From positions 65,100,001 through 65,164,000 of the forward strand of contig OZ024743.1 in the NCBI GenBank assembly GCA_964016885.1: 64,000 bases of DNA, written 5' to 3'. Made by a program: the position numbers and the translations under genes. Source of the stretch: Eledone cirrhosa. Its lineage: Eukaryota. Below the pieces are notes generated by a model. The model saw only the letters and a list, made by a program, of their open reading frames with translations, was not told the origin of the DNA and made no database searches. Shown here piece after piece: positions 51,999-64,000 of the stretch. The stretch's first letter is position 1. Every line of letters starts with the position of its first letter.

Positions 51999-52378
51999 TT
52001 TTCAATGATTGTTTAAATACATGACCTCCTTTCCAACACAAGAGACATACAGAAACCTATGTATATATCGATGCACAGTGGGGTGACGTCCATTATAATA
52101 TTTTAGCATGGCAATTTACATTCAAAAATTAAAATCATATTAAAAGAAAATTAAAACAAAATTAAAGTTAAAATACAACATCAGCAGTTTACGAAGATAA
52201 TGCAAGAGGATAGTTTGAAGTAGTTAGTGTATGCACTAGTTACACGTGGGATATGCATATGTGTCTTATTTATATAAGATTAATGTGCGGCAAGGTGTTA
52301 TATGCAATACAAGCACTTTAAGCAGGTAATCAAGAGTATTAATGGGGGTTGTATTGGTAAAGTATTTTTTATGTATGA

Positions 52379-52629
52379 TGTGGTTAGAAAAAGCTATCTC
52401 ACTTACCGCTTTTCATAGGTGCCGCTAAACTCCACTGCAGGTTACTCCTCTTCCACGTGCGTCCAACTGCTTAACACTGGGAGCTGCCAAAACTCGCGTC
52501 CACACCGTTGCTGGTCACCACTAGAGAGGCCCTCTGCTGGCCCTTCCGGTCGAGCATCCTTCCGGCCAAGCACCCTTCCGGTCGAGCACTCCCCCGCTTC
52601 CGGCCACCGCACGCCACACCATACCCCCC
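52379..52629 (-). repeat. 3' LTR
   Basis: Differs from 56195-56432 by a few substitutions and one ~13-bp indel. Confidence 0.92.
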
Positions 52630-55600
52630 CCCTGATCTCAAGGATCAATTTCCCCCTTGTCCTTCTGCATATGAAAGTCTGCTGTCCAGGTTGGTGGTTT
52701 ACGACTTCTTTGCGATCGCCGCAGTGTTGGGGCAGCACTTTGGGTTTCCTCTTCCTCGGAGTCCGTTGACACAGTGATTCTACGGACATCCAGGACATGA
52801 CGTGGTACTCCGTCCACGGACACATTGTTCTTGGAATTTACGGTCGTCACCGTTCCCCTTCCCCATTGAGATGTGCAACGTGCATCTGGGGGCTTAACCC
52901 AGACTTCTTCGCCCACCTGCACGAACGCACTCTCTCTCCCCACTGGCCGTTGTGGTGGCGTGCACGGGTGCCGCCACTCGTATCTGAATACTGCTCTGTG
53001 TGGCACCGATTCCTCGACCTGTCCCACTCGAGGGGACATGTTGTACCAGAACACTGCCTCCATTGGTGAGATATGGCCCCGCTCCGCCATTGCCTTGATC
53101 GTTCGGTGGTGTCGCTCCACAATTCCATTCCCGCTCGGCCTGTGCGCTGCTCTGAAGAAACGGTCCACCTTCCATCCTCAGCGCCTCTGAGCGGAACGCT
53201 GCGCTGTTGTCCATCAGCAGTTCGTCTACAGGGCCCTGCTCCAAGAACACCTCTCTCAACATCCGCATGATTTCCTCAGTCGTTCCAGTCTTCATCTCCC
53301 TCCATATCGCCATCCGTCCTGGTCCACAGTCGACCATCGAGAGGTACGTTCCCTGTCGGTAGTGCGTTACATCCACCGCCAATCGCTTCCAGTCGCGATC
53401 CACCGGGAGGCTTCCCGTTTCGTGTACACCCGGGGCGGGATCAATGGACTGACATCGGACGCAGCCTCTAACCACCCTTTGAACACTGTGTCTGTTAATG
53501 TCCGATCGATTCTCCTGGCTAGGAACAGGCTCCTATCCACTCCCATGTGGTGCATGTCATGCAACCCTTTTAGATCCGACTCGGTCAGCCGACACACGGC
53601 AGCTATCTCATCTACCTCCTCCGGCGCTTCCATCCAGGCTTTCTTCACCCTAGTTAAGATGTCCGCCCTATTTTTCTCTGAGGGCATGAAAACTACGCTC
53701 AGCCTCAGGTCGAACTCGGTGGCCAGCTCTCCTAAAGTTCCCAGGCCGCGCTTTATCAGCATCTCCGCCGCCCCTCTCGTTCGCACTCTCTTCTCACTGG
53801 TGAGCACTGATCTCATCCATCCGAGTACAGTAGCCGAGTTGGTGCGTCCAACTCGGCCACATTGATGTGGTTGCAGTCATCCTTCCTAAGCCAGGCTGCA
53901 TCCTCGACCTCAACACTTCCTGTCTCCAACGTGACACCCAGCGCTATGCTGCTGGCATCGCACCATACGGTCCCGCTCTGTGATTTGGGAACATACCAGC
54001 GTCCCCGCACTGGGTCGTCGGCCTTCACCTTCCCCACGATCTCCTGCATCATGGCCACCGTCCTCTCTCCCACTCTGTCACTCCAAGTCACTCCTCCCGC
54101 TCATCTCTTGACATAGCTGCATGCCGTCTGGAGCCACCCAGCAATCGGGTAGTGACCCACCAACTTTCCACACACCGAGAAAAGCTCCAGCCTACTCATA
54201 CTTGGGCCCAGTTCTGGAACTTCATTTCCCCTCTGGAATACCAAGACGCCCGTCCTGTCTCGCCGTAGCCTAAGTCCCAGCGTCGCTCCTCCCTCCAACG
54301 CTTCTGACGGCTTTGCAGCCAGTCCATACCCCTGTAAATGGCTCGTGACCTCTGCCGCCGACACCACAGACTCGTCCACTAGGATGTCGTCAATATAGGA
54401 GTTAGTGGCCCTCTTCATCTTGTCGGCCTTTCCCAGAATGGTCTTGAGGACCGCCACCATGATCTTCGGTGCGGAGCTCAGCCCGAAACCGAGCCTAGTC
54501 AGGCAATATGTCCGGCCCTTATACCTGACCAGCTGATACTGCCAGAGCTTCTCATCTATATGCAATTGCAAGTATGCCGACTTTAGATCTACGATTGCTG
54601 AACCCCCGTCATGCGTCTCCACTCACGCAGGTTTCCCCACAGACATCCGTGACCTCGCCACCCGTGTGGCATGACACGTGCTCGTTCAGCTTCCGAAAGT
54701 CCAGCACCGGCCTCACCTTGTTCTTCGTGAGTTGCGCCACCGCCATTAACGGCAATACTCCGCACTTCACCTCTTTCCAGGGAAGCAGTATGCCCTCTTC
54801 AATCCATCTCTCTACCTCTCGCTTGAACTCGCTCCTAATGTTTCCCTTCAATGTGTGTTGATAGCAGCCCACTTTGGTCTTCAGTGTTGGTGGTTCTCCC
54901 TTCCAGTACCACTCAACAACCCATCGCTGCCCATCGAACATGGCCTTGAAGTCTTTGTCCTGCACAGTGTAAGCGGGGTATTTCTCCTCGTGGGCCTTCT
55001 GGTTCTCCTGTCGCGCACTCACAGCGCATACCGATGCAGCGGCGCCAAACAACACACCAACGTTATTCACTGTGACGCCTCCTAGATGGCCACTCCGATC
55101 CCATCCACCACGCTGTCTACTACGATGGCAGAAAGCCTTATTTTCCTTCCCCGTACCGCTATTTCCATCTCGCTGCGACCTCGGCATTCAATTTTCCTGC
55201 CGTCGACTGCCCTTACGCTGCTCTTCCCTCTCCACCTCTGCGCCACCCCCGTGGTCACCAGTGTCGTACAGCCCGTGTCCACGAGGGCTCGCTGTGGCTT
55301 TCCCCTCACGAAGACTTCCACCACGGGCAGCGCCTCTACTCGTAAGGGGCAACTACCGGCGCAGTAGTTCCCCTTGGATCGTTTCCCTGGTCGCAGTTAG
55401 TAGCGATGTGACCTGGTCGCTTACACCAGTAACATATTATTTCCGGCCTTGATTCTCTGCAGTCTCTAGCCATATGCGGGCCCTGGCACCGAAAACCGAC
55501 CTCTAAACGTTCGCGGGCGACCGCGTGCCGTGGTTGCCTCCCTTTCACCATTTCGCTGCCAGCTGTCTTGAGCCTCTGTAGTTGCTATCGCCGCAACACT

Positions 55601-56194
55601 CTTTTTGGCATCTTCTGCTATGATCCGGGCTTGTTCTACCAGTGAACGCATTTCCATTTCTTTGTAACCCGGGATTTGCTGCAGTTTCACCGCTATGTCG
55701 TCTGGAAATCCATTTATGAACGCCAACCGCACCGTGCGTTCGCATTCCACCTGATATCCAGCCAACATAGCCAATCGCCGTATTTCTGCTGCGAAAATGT
55801 CGGCGCGCTCACCATTCCATCTAATTCTCGCCAGCTTAGCGAAAGTGGCTAACGGTCCCTCAGTGAATGCGCCTCTCAATCTTTTGCGCATCTCTTTGGC
55901 TGTGTTCGTCCAACTCAAGGAAGAGTACCAACGCGTCCCCCTCGAGGTACAGTGCCACGAGGCCAGCCACATCTATCTTCTGCAAGCTTGCGACCAGCCG
56001 TACTTTACGCAGCCAAGCGACAACATCACCTTCCCCGGTAAATGCCCTGATAGCTTCGCTTGTTCGTAGTCTTGTCGCCATCTTCTGATTTGTCTTGCGG
56101 TACGTGATAAAAAAAACAACAGACTCCTCTCTGTTTTTCCAGTAGCTTTTTTTTTTTTTTTTCAATCAGATCTGTTTCCAGTGCCGAAATAGCT

Positions 56195-56432
56195 TGTGGT
56201 TAGAAAAAGCTATCTCACTTACCGCTTTTCATAGGTGCCGCTAAACTCCACTGCAGGTTATTCCTCTTCCACGTGCGTCCAACTGCTTAACCCCGGGAGC
56301 TGCCAAAACTCGCGTCCACACCGTTGCTGGTCACCACTAGAGAGGCCTTCTGCTGGCCCTTCCGGTCGAGCATCCTTCCGGCCAAGCACCCTTCCGGTCG
56401 AGCACGCCACCGCACGCCACACCATACCCACA
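56195..56432 (-). repeat. 5' LTR
   Basis: TGTGGTTAG...ATACCCACA followed by the TSD TATGA. Confidence 0.93.
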
Positions 56433-58801
56433 TATGATAAAGAAGCTTGTGTGCAGAGAAATATTAAAAATGAGAAGCAAAATAATGTTATGGTTTTTGT
56501 ATACACCACCATTTTCACAATCCAGGAAACGTAATATATAGATTATATGTCCTTCACATAATTAACGATGATTCAGTATTGGAAGCTTGATGTATTAGGT
56601 TAGATTATTACAGCATGTTGTTCTTTAATCCAATTTAATAGAGCAGGTTGTTTTTGTTGCGAGAATTTACATCGTTTTATTTTCCGGAAGTATGTGTGTG
56701 ATTAAGGGGAGTTAATGCGTGAGGGGAGGTAACTAGCTGATTTCTATAACTAAATATATTATTCCAATGTACATTAAACGGTGTCCCAATTGAGTCCCTT
56801 AAATATATGGTTATAAACAGTTTCTAAATTTAAGTATCCTATCTTTAAATTACAGTCTACTCTATCAAGAAGTACTAAAGGTATCCAAATTAGGATGATT
56901 ACCCTCTATCATAGAGTGCCACAACTGAATATTCCATATGAAGAGTCAGATCTCCAAATCAATGATCTTTGTAAATGTAGTCTACCCACAGAACCTGGCA
57001 GGGTTTAATTAGAACCACGTCTATATATAACCCCTGGTAAGCTCTGGGTCAGCGCATGTCTGTTTGCATGGCAAAGTTAAATATCTCTAGGGTAGACCAG
57101 AGAGCAATTCTCACTTACAATGTCATTAATCTGTCTATCAAGTCATACATTTATGTATAACTCGTATACCACTTGTACATAATTCATTGTACTCAACATA
57201 TAGGTTATATAGCTCTTTTATGTTAATAAATTAATCTTCTATTTATCCAATGATGGCACTCCATACACAGAACAACATTAGCACAAATAATTCAGTGTTT
57301 AAAGTTTACATTTAATTATATAGTGGTGTAATGTAGTCTAAGTCATTGAAGGCAATTATACTAAAAGTAGATGTACATGGGGATATTTCTAGGGTAAAAG
57401 GTTCTAGATAGATGTCACTAATTGTGTTAAGATAGGGTGGATCATTGAGTGTGGAGTTGTGGTGTAAGGTGTGCCCATGAGGTGAGGTGTGTTGCTAGAA
57501 GTGATGATAGGTTCAAGTCTGACGTTCCTATATATTGGGTTTAAAGTTTTGGAAGGAGTGTCGGAAGCAATGCTGGCATGACGCGAACACTTCTGATTTT
57601 TTATTAAGGAGGTTATGGTTTGAGAAGATAATAGTATGGGTCTCTAGTAGACAGAGGTTACAAAATTTATTAGGTGGTTTGTACGATGTCGCCTTACCTA
57701 TCACTTCCCATTTAAGTGTATAAGATCTATTTTTAGTTTTTAGATAGTGTATATAGCTAGATAGTGAAGTGGAGTTGGCGAGACTGTGTTTTTTGAAAGA
57801 GTGCGAATTGTATCTGGTTTTGAAGCAGTTTGAAGTAGAGCCTATATAGGTTTCAGAAGAGTTGCTAGTTGTGACGGTGCATGAGTATATGATATCCTTG
57901 ATTAAGCATTTTTTATCTAAAGGGCAGGTTCTATTAGATCTACAGTTACAATTATTCTGGGTGTTAGTCTGCCGGTTATTATGTTGTGTAGAAGTCTGGA
58001 TGGTAGCTGTAGGATTATGGTTATGGGGTTCGTCGTTCCCAGCGTTATTGCTTACACTAGTGCTATTACTATTATTACTATTGTTATCAGGGTTAGTTGA
58101 TATAATGTTATTTTGAAGGTTTACCACCTGTTGTGATTTAGTTTGTTGGAAGTAAGAATTAATTTTTCTTTTATTGCTACTAGCTATGTGGTATGCTATG
58201 TTAGGCGTAGTAGAGTAGGAGATTTTAATTGTGTTTTTGTTTAAAAGGCTATGATACTTGTGGCCAGATGGGAAGTTTTTATCTAGGAGTGAGAAGAAAG
58301 CCTTAGGTAGGTTGGTAGAGACGTTTAGATTGAAAGGAGGGTTAAAAAATGTATTATTTCTTCTTCTATTTTTGTTTTTATGTCTGGTGAGTTGTTTCCT
58401 TTTATGGTACTATGGTAACTTCTGTGGTGTGGGTTACGTTTGTTGGCATCCTTCGTATTAGTGTGTGTGTGCTTGCTATTCTTATTACTAAATTTCCTCA
58501 TGGACATATTGTGCGAAATAATGTTGTAGCTATGTGTTTTTGTAGGTAGGAACTCAATCTCTATATTATGGCCTGATGCATACACTAACTACTTCAAACT
58601 ATCCTCTTGCATTATCTTCGTAAACTGCCGATGTTGTATTTTAACTTTAATTTTGTTTTAATTTTCTTTTAATATGATTTTAATTTTTGAATGTAAATTG
58701 CCATGCTAAAATATTATAATGGACGTCACCCCACTGTGCATCGATATATACATAGGTTTCTGTATGCCTCTTGTGTTGGAAAGGTGGTCAATCATTGAAA
58801 A

Positions 58802-58853
58802 ATTGCTCCGAAGACTCCAAAACTCGGTTTGGACGAAACAATTGTAAGCTAAT
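58802..58853 (+). ncRNA. Hammerhead with CCGAAGA core variant (inverted pLTR copy)
   Basis: Same fold as 51947-51998. Confidence 0.7.
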
Positions 58854-58887
58854 AAATGGTTTGAACAGAACTTTGATTCATGTGATT

Positions 58888-59149
58888 TCTATATATCTAT
58901 ATATATATGTGTATATGTATGTATATATATGTAAATATATATATATATATATATATGTAAATATATATATATATATGTAAATATATATATATATATGTAA
59001 ATATATATATATATATATATATGTAAATATATATATATATATATATGTAAATATATATATATATATATATGTAAATATATATATATATATATGTAAATAT
59101 ATATATATATATATATGTAAATATATATATATATATCTCTATATATATG

Positions 59150-59217
<68 letters not shown>

Positions 59218-59299
59218 AATATATATATATATATATATATATGTAAATATATATATATATATATATATAGATATATATATGTAAATATATATATATATA
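58888..59299. repeat. Compound (TA)n/TGTAAA microsatellite
   Basis: Direct inspection. Confidence 0.96.
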
Positions 59300-59415
59300 T
59301 TAATAAGAGGAATTCCAACTTTGTCTGATTTACTAATTTTATTTACAATCCTTTAAAATTTATAATGGTATTATAATGAAATAGTATGATAGAATATTAA
59401 ATTCTAAGTGTTAAT

Positions 59416-59454
59416 TGAACAAGTACTTTCATGCTTTCGCAATCTTCAGGTTCA
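59416..59454 (-). ncRNA. Minimal hammerhead in the 3' pLTR
   Basis: TGAAC-CTGAAGA-TTGC(GAAA)GCAT-GAAA-GTAC-TT-GTTCA, with palindromic AAGTACTT stem III. Confidence 0.85.
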
Positions 59455-62355
59455 TAATATGCGGTGACAGTCAAGTTTGCAATTTTCAACTGTAATGAGA
59501 TGGGTAAATTTTGTACCTTATATACAGTGAAAAGTGGCTCCAGAATGCTAAATCTTGCAAACTGTATTTCGACCAATCGGTGTGTAGTTTCACTGAATAA
59601 CTAAAGCTGATTGGTTTAAGCGTCACGGCTGGTTGAGCATGTCTAACGACCAATAATTAATCCTATCCAAAGCGTCAATTGTTTTGCTATTTTTAGAAAT
59701 GATGAAAATTGCATTTTCTAGTAATCATCACCATCAACATCACTTTTATTATTATTATTATTGTTGTTGTTGTTGTTAGTGGTCGTAGTCGACATGGTCG
59801 TAGTCATAGTCATAGTAGAAGTAATACCCCTAAGCGTTATTGTTCATTTAGCTTGGGTTTGAATTTATCAATAAAATTCTTTTCTTTGATTTTTCTCTTG
59901 ATTTGACTTGGGCTGTGTAATTTGTAGAATGGGAATATTATAAATATTCCCTGACCACATGTTGCTAGATGGTTACTTAGGGGTATCTGACGGACATTTG
60001 GGTCTCTGATTTGCTGACGGTGTACTCGTGCACGTTCCGATAGTGCATTTCCAGTTTGACCGACATATAGTTCTTCATCAATTCGGGCATTTAATGCAGT
60101 AAATTAGATTTCTGCTTTTGCAGTTCATATTTGCATTTGGGAATATTTTTCCAGTTTTTGTTTTCATATATTGACTGGCGTGTATGGATTGACATGTGCC
60201 GCATCGACTATCATTGCATTTAGATACAGTGAATGATTGGTCTTTGTTGTTAAGGTCAAACTTTGCTTTTGTTAGTAATTGCTTCAAATTTTTTGGCTGT
60301 CTTTTACTAAGAGTCAAAGATCTATCTGTGATTAAGCCTTTTAATTCATTACTTTGAGCAATGATCGGTAGGTTTGCTTTGGCAGTGTTGAAGATATTCT
60401 GGTGACATGGGTTGTGTGTCATTATAAATGGTATGACCAGTTCTTGGTTTCTTCTTCCTTGGGTTGTCCTAAGTTGTTGTATAGGTATTTTTATAGCCCG
60501 CTGTATGCCATTTTCTATAAGTAGAGATGGGTATTTTTGTTTGAGCAAAAATTCTCTTAGTTCTGTTAGGCGTTTGTACCTGGTATTCGTATCTTCTACA
60601 CTGGTACAAATTCTTCTGGCTAGGCAGTATGGGATGTTGCGTTTTGTATGAGGTGGATGGCACGACTTAAAATTCAGATATTGATGGGTGTCTGTGTGTT
60701 TATAATATATATCCGTGGTAATGGTGGTGTCGTTTTTGATTATCATTATATCTAGGAATGGTAATTTGGTCCTACTCATCTCTTTTGTGAATTGGAGAGA
60801 TGGGTGTAGGTTATTCAGGAAGATATTGAACTCATCCAGAGTATCTAGAGATTCTGTCCAGATGATGAAACAGTCGTCAAGGTATCTCTTCCAAGATTTT
60901 TCAATGTACTTTCTAAAGTCAGTACTATATTTTTCCTCTATTTTTTGGTAGAGTTGTTGTTCTTAGTATCCCATTACAGAGTTCGCGTAAACGGGAGCAA
61001 ACTTTGTTCCCATCGCTGTGCTTCTAATTTGGATGTAATTCTTTCCATTGAAGAAGAAAGTGTTGTTTTCCAGAATAAGTTTAACTGCGTCTAATATAAA
61101 TGGCGCTGTGAATCTGATGAGAATCACTTCTCTATGTTTTTCCACCCAGTATTGAACCGCCTTTATTCCTAAATCATGTGTAATGTTGGTATAAAGGCTT
61201 ACCACATCAAAACTAAGTAGAAGTGAATTCGTTTCCGTGGTTTTGGGAAGATGGGACAGGAAGTCGATATCATCCCGGATGAAACTGGGTATGTGAATAC
61301 ATAGTGGTTTCAAAATAATGTCAACAAAATTGCTTAGACGGTGGATGGGGCATGTTGGACCAGCTATAATAGGTCTAAGTTTTAAGTCTTTTGGGTGTAG
61401 TAATTTAATGTACTCACTGTTTTGTTCTCTTACTGCCAGTTGTATTTATTTTGACTTATGAACTTTCGGTAGGCCATACAGGTTGCTGGGTTTTGGCTCA
61501 AAATTGGTGATGTAGTCTCTTTCCTTATCAGTAAGTGAGTTGTGGTATTTTGAAGCCAGGTTGTTGATCTTCTTCATGATGTTGTGGTCTATATTTGACG
61601 GTATTTCATGATAGAATGTTGTGTCTTTCAGTTGTTCCTCAACCAAATCCTTGTAGTATTCAGCATCCATTATAACAACTGCACCCCCTTTATCTGCTTG
61701 TTTAATTATTATTGTTTTATCATTTTGTATACGTTTAAGTGCAGACATTTCTGATTTGTTAATGTTTGGCCTAACATTAGTATTACGTCTAAGAGGAAAT
61801 TTAGACAGGATGTCAATGTATTGGTCGAGATAGATATTTCTTCCTTTTGGGGGAGTGAAATTTGATTTATTCTTTACTAGTGATTCATCACTCATTAATT
61901 TTATCAGCGAAGAATTCTACAAGACGTAATTTTCGACAGAATTCTTGGGTATCCTCCTTCAGTCGGTGTGAATTTCAGTCCTTTTGACAGAATTTGCATT
62001 TCATCATTGTCAAGATCTCTTTTAGATAAATTAATTATTTTAGGATCTACGTGTACAGTTGTTTTGGGTATGTTTCTTCCTGGAGTTTTTTTTTTTCCGG
62101 TTTTTGTTGTCCTGACGTTAAAAAATGGATTTTTCTCTGTTCAGGATTTATATTCCTGTTGGTGTTCGCTTGATGAACTTTTGGTCGTGATATTATATTT
62201 GGTTTCGTTATGTATTTTATCCTATTTTTGGTATTATGTATATTATTTTTCCTGTTAGCATTATTTTTAACAATCTGGGGAAATGACCTAGGTTTGCTTT
62301 CAGGTTTAGATCGTCTTTTCGCCCAGTTTCTTGTGAGCAATCTCTGTTGAGATCT

Positions 62356-63393
62356 TTAGAGTGATCTGGTTATTCTACGTTTTGTTTCCACATTCCTTGT
62401 TGGTAGTCTCTGTTGAGATCTTGAGAATGATCTCCTGGTTTTACTACTTCTCATGGTCTGGTCAAAGGAATATCTATCGTGTTTGTGCTTTTTGTTCATG
62501 TTGTGTGCGATAGGGTGTTTTTGTAGAAAAAGCGAAGAGTTATTACCGTAGTTCTTCTTTGATTCAAGGTAAGGTGAGTGTTTGTGTTGGCACGTGTTCT
62601 GGCGTATGTTGTGTTGGTGAGATTGTCCACTTTTAATGCGTTTTCTCAGGGTTCCACAGTCTTTACCGTAATTTGCAGCATATTCGTCGAGAAATAATTG
62701 TTTCTGCAGCCATACCTTTCTTGATTTGTTTTCTTCTTTTGAGATATCTCTGATCCATAGTTCTCGTAGTTTTTCAGCTATATTACCAGTCGTTAGATTT
62801 GAAATTTCTACTTCAATTTGGTCATCAATAGCTTCATATTTGGCGTTGTAGCGGGATTGTTTGCATTGAGAAATGAAGATGTCGGTCCTGAATTTTGTCA
62901 ATGTAAGTTCCCATCGGAGTTTTGTTTCTTCTTCTGGTTCTCCTGCAATTTCTGTAATTAGGTATTTACGAGGGAGTATGGGTGCCGTTAGAGAGAGCCA
63001 TTTCGAATGTGTTTCGACATATTTTTCGCATTTGTATGCTTTCCAGAAGTTTTGTTTTCTTATGTTAAAAAATTTTTTCCATGTCTTCCACATTTCTTTT
63101 CTTATTCGATGTGTTTTGTTTTCCAAATTTCTTTCGTTTAGTTCTGACATCCAAGGGGGTTGTGGTAGGCTTTCTCTTGTATCTTTGATAACTGTTGGTA
63201 TAATTTCAGCTAAATTCTTAATTTCAGAGTTTATATGTTCAGTTATAAGTTTTCCATCTGTAGATTGTTTTTCTATTTCCTTTAAAATAGAGGATTGTGT
63301 GTCAATCATCGTGATAAGTGTTGATAATTTCGATGATATCTCCTTTAGAATTCTTTCTGATTCTGTTGATTTCATTTGTTGCTTTCCAGACAT
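62356..63393 (-). pseudogene. N-terminal coiled-coil/basic region of the Neptune ORF
   Basis: ATG lies about 85 bp inside the 5' pLTR. The frame continues past a TAA into ORF 62047-62340 (RSFSRSQQR vs RSL*RSQQR duplication). Confidence 0.7.
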
Positions 63394-63593
63394 GTTGGCA
63401 TATACACAATAGGAATATATATATATATAGATAGATAAATATACACGGGTGTGTATGATTGTGTAGAGAAGATTATATTAATAAGAGGAATTCCAACATT
63501 GTCTGATTTACTCGTTTTATTTACAATCCTTTAAAATTTATAATGGTATTATAATGAAATAGTATGATAGAATATTAAATTCTAAGTGTTAAT

Positions 63594-63632
63594 TGAACAA
63601 GTACTTTCATGCTTTCGCAATCTTCAGGTTCA
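63594..63632 (-). ncRNA. Minimal hammerhead in the 5' pLTR
   Basis: Identical to 59416-59454. Confidence 0.85.
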
Positions 63633-63669
63633 TAATATGTGGTGACAGTCAAGTTGCAATTTTCAACTG

Positions 63670-63673
<4 letters not shown>

Positions 63674-63711
<38 letters not shown>

Positions 63712-64000
63712 TATATATATATAGATATATATATATATAGATATATATAGATATAGATATAGATATATATATATATAGATATATATAGATATATATATAT
63801 AGATATATATATATATAGATATATATATATATAGATATATATATATATAGATATATATATATATAGATATAGATATATATATATATAGATATATATATAT
63901 ATATATATATATATAGATATATATATATATAGATATATATAGATATATATAGATATATATATATATAGATATATATAGATATATATAGATATATATAGAT
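63674..64000. repeat. (TA)n/(TAGA) microsatellite
   Basis: Direct inspection. Confidence 0.97.

Larger units (their letters stand above)
52379..56432 (-). mobile_element. LTR retrotransposon (Ty3/Gypsy domain order), 4.05 kb, frameshifted
   Basis: LTRs at 52379-~52629 and 56195-56432 (TG...CA) with 5-bp TSD TATGA. gag has two CCHC knuckles; protease LVDTG; RT YIDD; RNase H WCDAS; integrase HHCC plus VDVTHY/MDN/GIVER; G-rich PPT. Confidence 0.95.
51913..58886 (-). mobile_element. Penelope-like element F (Nematis-type) with inverted pLTRs, interrupted by an LTR retrotransposon
   Basis: 51913-52236 is inverted relative to 58577-58886. GIY-YIG ORF 57528-58127 (IIYSC..TYIGST, CNLCLLE) and FFNPPF upstream. 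Confidence 0.9.
59300..63672 (-). mobile_element. Full-length Neptune-type Penelope-like element with direct pLTRs; long ORF broken by stops and frameshifts
   Basis: Direct repeats at 59300-59493 and 63478-63672. Motifs IKQADKGGAVV, YGLPKVHK, FDVVSLYTNI, AMGTKFAP, RYLDD, C..RC.TC and NLIYCIKC..YVGQT. Confidence 0.95.

Noticed and set aside
60075-60083. TGA at a Cys position (CPN*) as selenocysteine
   Set aside because: The downstream EELYVGQTG is in another frame, which a 1-nt insertion in TGT explains.

Overview
Eukaryotic, repeat-dominated DNA. The (TA)n-rich background and the RTE and CORE-SINE families suggest a coleoid cephalopod such as Octopus; this is an inference. 1-10170 is a 52-bp tandem satellite with higher-order structure. 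It lies in an intron of a uridine-cytidine kinase-like 1 gene (UCKL1), whose last two coding exons (10228-10326, 21585-21640) are missed by the ORF track. The last intron holds two nearly intact sense-strand RTE LINEs carrying a PHD-like finger. Downstream is a dense stack of elements separated by (TA)n tracts: a mariner relic, tRNA/CORE SINEs, RTE fragments, an L1/Tx1 3' fragment, a 4-kb LTR retrotransposon and at least eight Penelope-like elements (Nematis-, Poseidon- and Neptune-type). The Penelope pseudo-LTRs carry about a dozen hammerhead ribozyme motifs. The most unusual signal is a recurring hammerhead form with a 60-90 nt stem II insert that contains a complement of its own cleavage-site strand. 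All RNA folds were paired by eye, and family names come from recalled motifs, not from searches.
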